From Verrucomicrobiota bacterium (GTDB lineage Bacteria; Bacteroidota; Bacteroidia; Chitinophagales; UBA8649), in contig JAFMKE010000002.1 of assembly GCA_017853115.1 (NCBI GenBank), forward strand, positions 1-48,751: 48,751 bases of DNA, given 5' to 3'. The notes below the pieces were generated by a model. The model ran no database searches. It had not been told where the DNA came from and saw only the letters and a list, made by a program, of their open reading frames with translations. Positions 48,614-48,751 of this stretch are shown in pieces. The translations under genes were made by a program, and so were the position numbers. The stretch's first letter is position 1, and the number at the start of each line of letters is the position of its first letter.

Positions 48614-48751
48614 TTTAAGTTCGCAGCTACTGCAGGCATAGAGGGACAGGCGGAAGTTAAAAATAAACACTCTTAGCAGATTAATATCAATTCTACGAGC
48701 TACAAGACAACTGCGAGCAACCCACCCGATTCAAGGCCCAATCAGGTCTCA

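Noticed and set aside
48614-48751. The window-terminal 138 nt are visibly more GC-rich than the rest (about 54% in the last 59 nt by my count). They contain repeated words (GCAGCTAC, GAGCTAC, TGCGAGC). I considered a tRNA, riboswitch or ncRNA, or the 3' end of a minus-strand gene (an open frame ending at a TAG at 48693..48695).
   Set aside because: No cloverleaf, T-loop or known riboswitch core could be fitted. The feature is cut by the window edge, so it cannot be supported either way without the flanking sequence.
1-48751. Scan for CRISPR arrays, tRNA/rRNA genes, IS elements or transposases, integrases, toxin-antitoxin pairs and restriction-modification or other defence genes.
   Set aside because: I found none. 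The only DNA-level repeats are the TSP3 codon repeats, the short intergenic words at 25.6-25.8 kb and small palindromes. The only GGTTCGAA-type T-loop-like string I noticed lies inside a CDS (near 797) without a surrounding cloverleaf.

Overview
AT-rich chromosomal segment that reads as core genome of a gliding, T9SS-bearing member of Bacteroidota (Flavobacteriia-like). Support for that placement: sprA, gldD and gldE are present, one protein ends in a T9SS sorting domain, several genes have TAnnTTTG '-7' promoter boxes, and start codons lack Shine-Dalgarno sequences. I call 47 protein-coding genes, tightly packed on both strands. Housekeeping and DNA genes are gltX, dgkA, ruvA, scpA, ssb, mutY, an HU protein, an RNase E/G-family gene, glyA, xth, recA, a Pif1-like helicase, an ABC-F ATPase, an IscA/HesB-type protein and a methylmalonyl-CoA epimerase-like protein. 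Envelope and motility genes are the 2464-aa SprA translocon, GldD/GldE, tandem rhomboids, a TolC plus adaptor pair, an OmpA-like barrel with thrombospondin repeats, an S41 protease, a YugP-type Zn-peptidase and LemA. I found no rRNA, tRNA, CRISPR array, transposase, integrase or phage block, and no frameshifted genes. I do not see a convincing self-contained novel system such as a defence island. The most system-like but uncharacterised items are: (i) a five-gene same-strand envelope cluster (DUF360 holin-like, LemA, Zn-peptidase, S41 protease, heme-c lipoprotein); (ii) a TolC/adaptor pair with no inner-membrane pump, followed by a secreted propeller-VWA protein; (iii) a T9SS cargo built from eight ~55-aa 'DIYAQR' repeats; (iv) a 30-codon hyper-basic ORF missed by the ORF track, with its own terminator, probably a bS22-type ribosomal protein; (v) a 250-bp intergenic region made of short repeated words upstream of the ABC-F gene. 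All family calls come from motif recognition by eye. None has been checked against a database.
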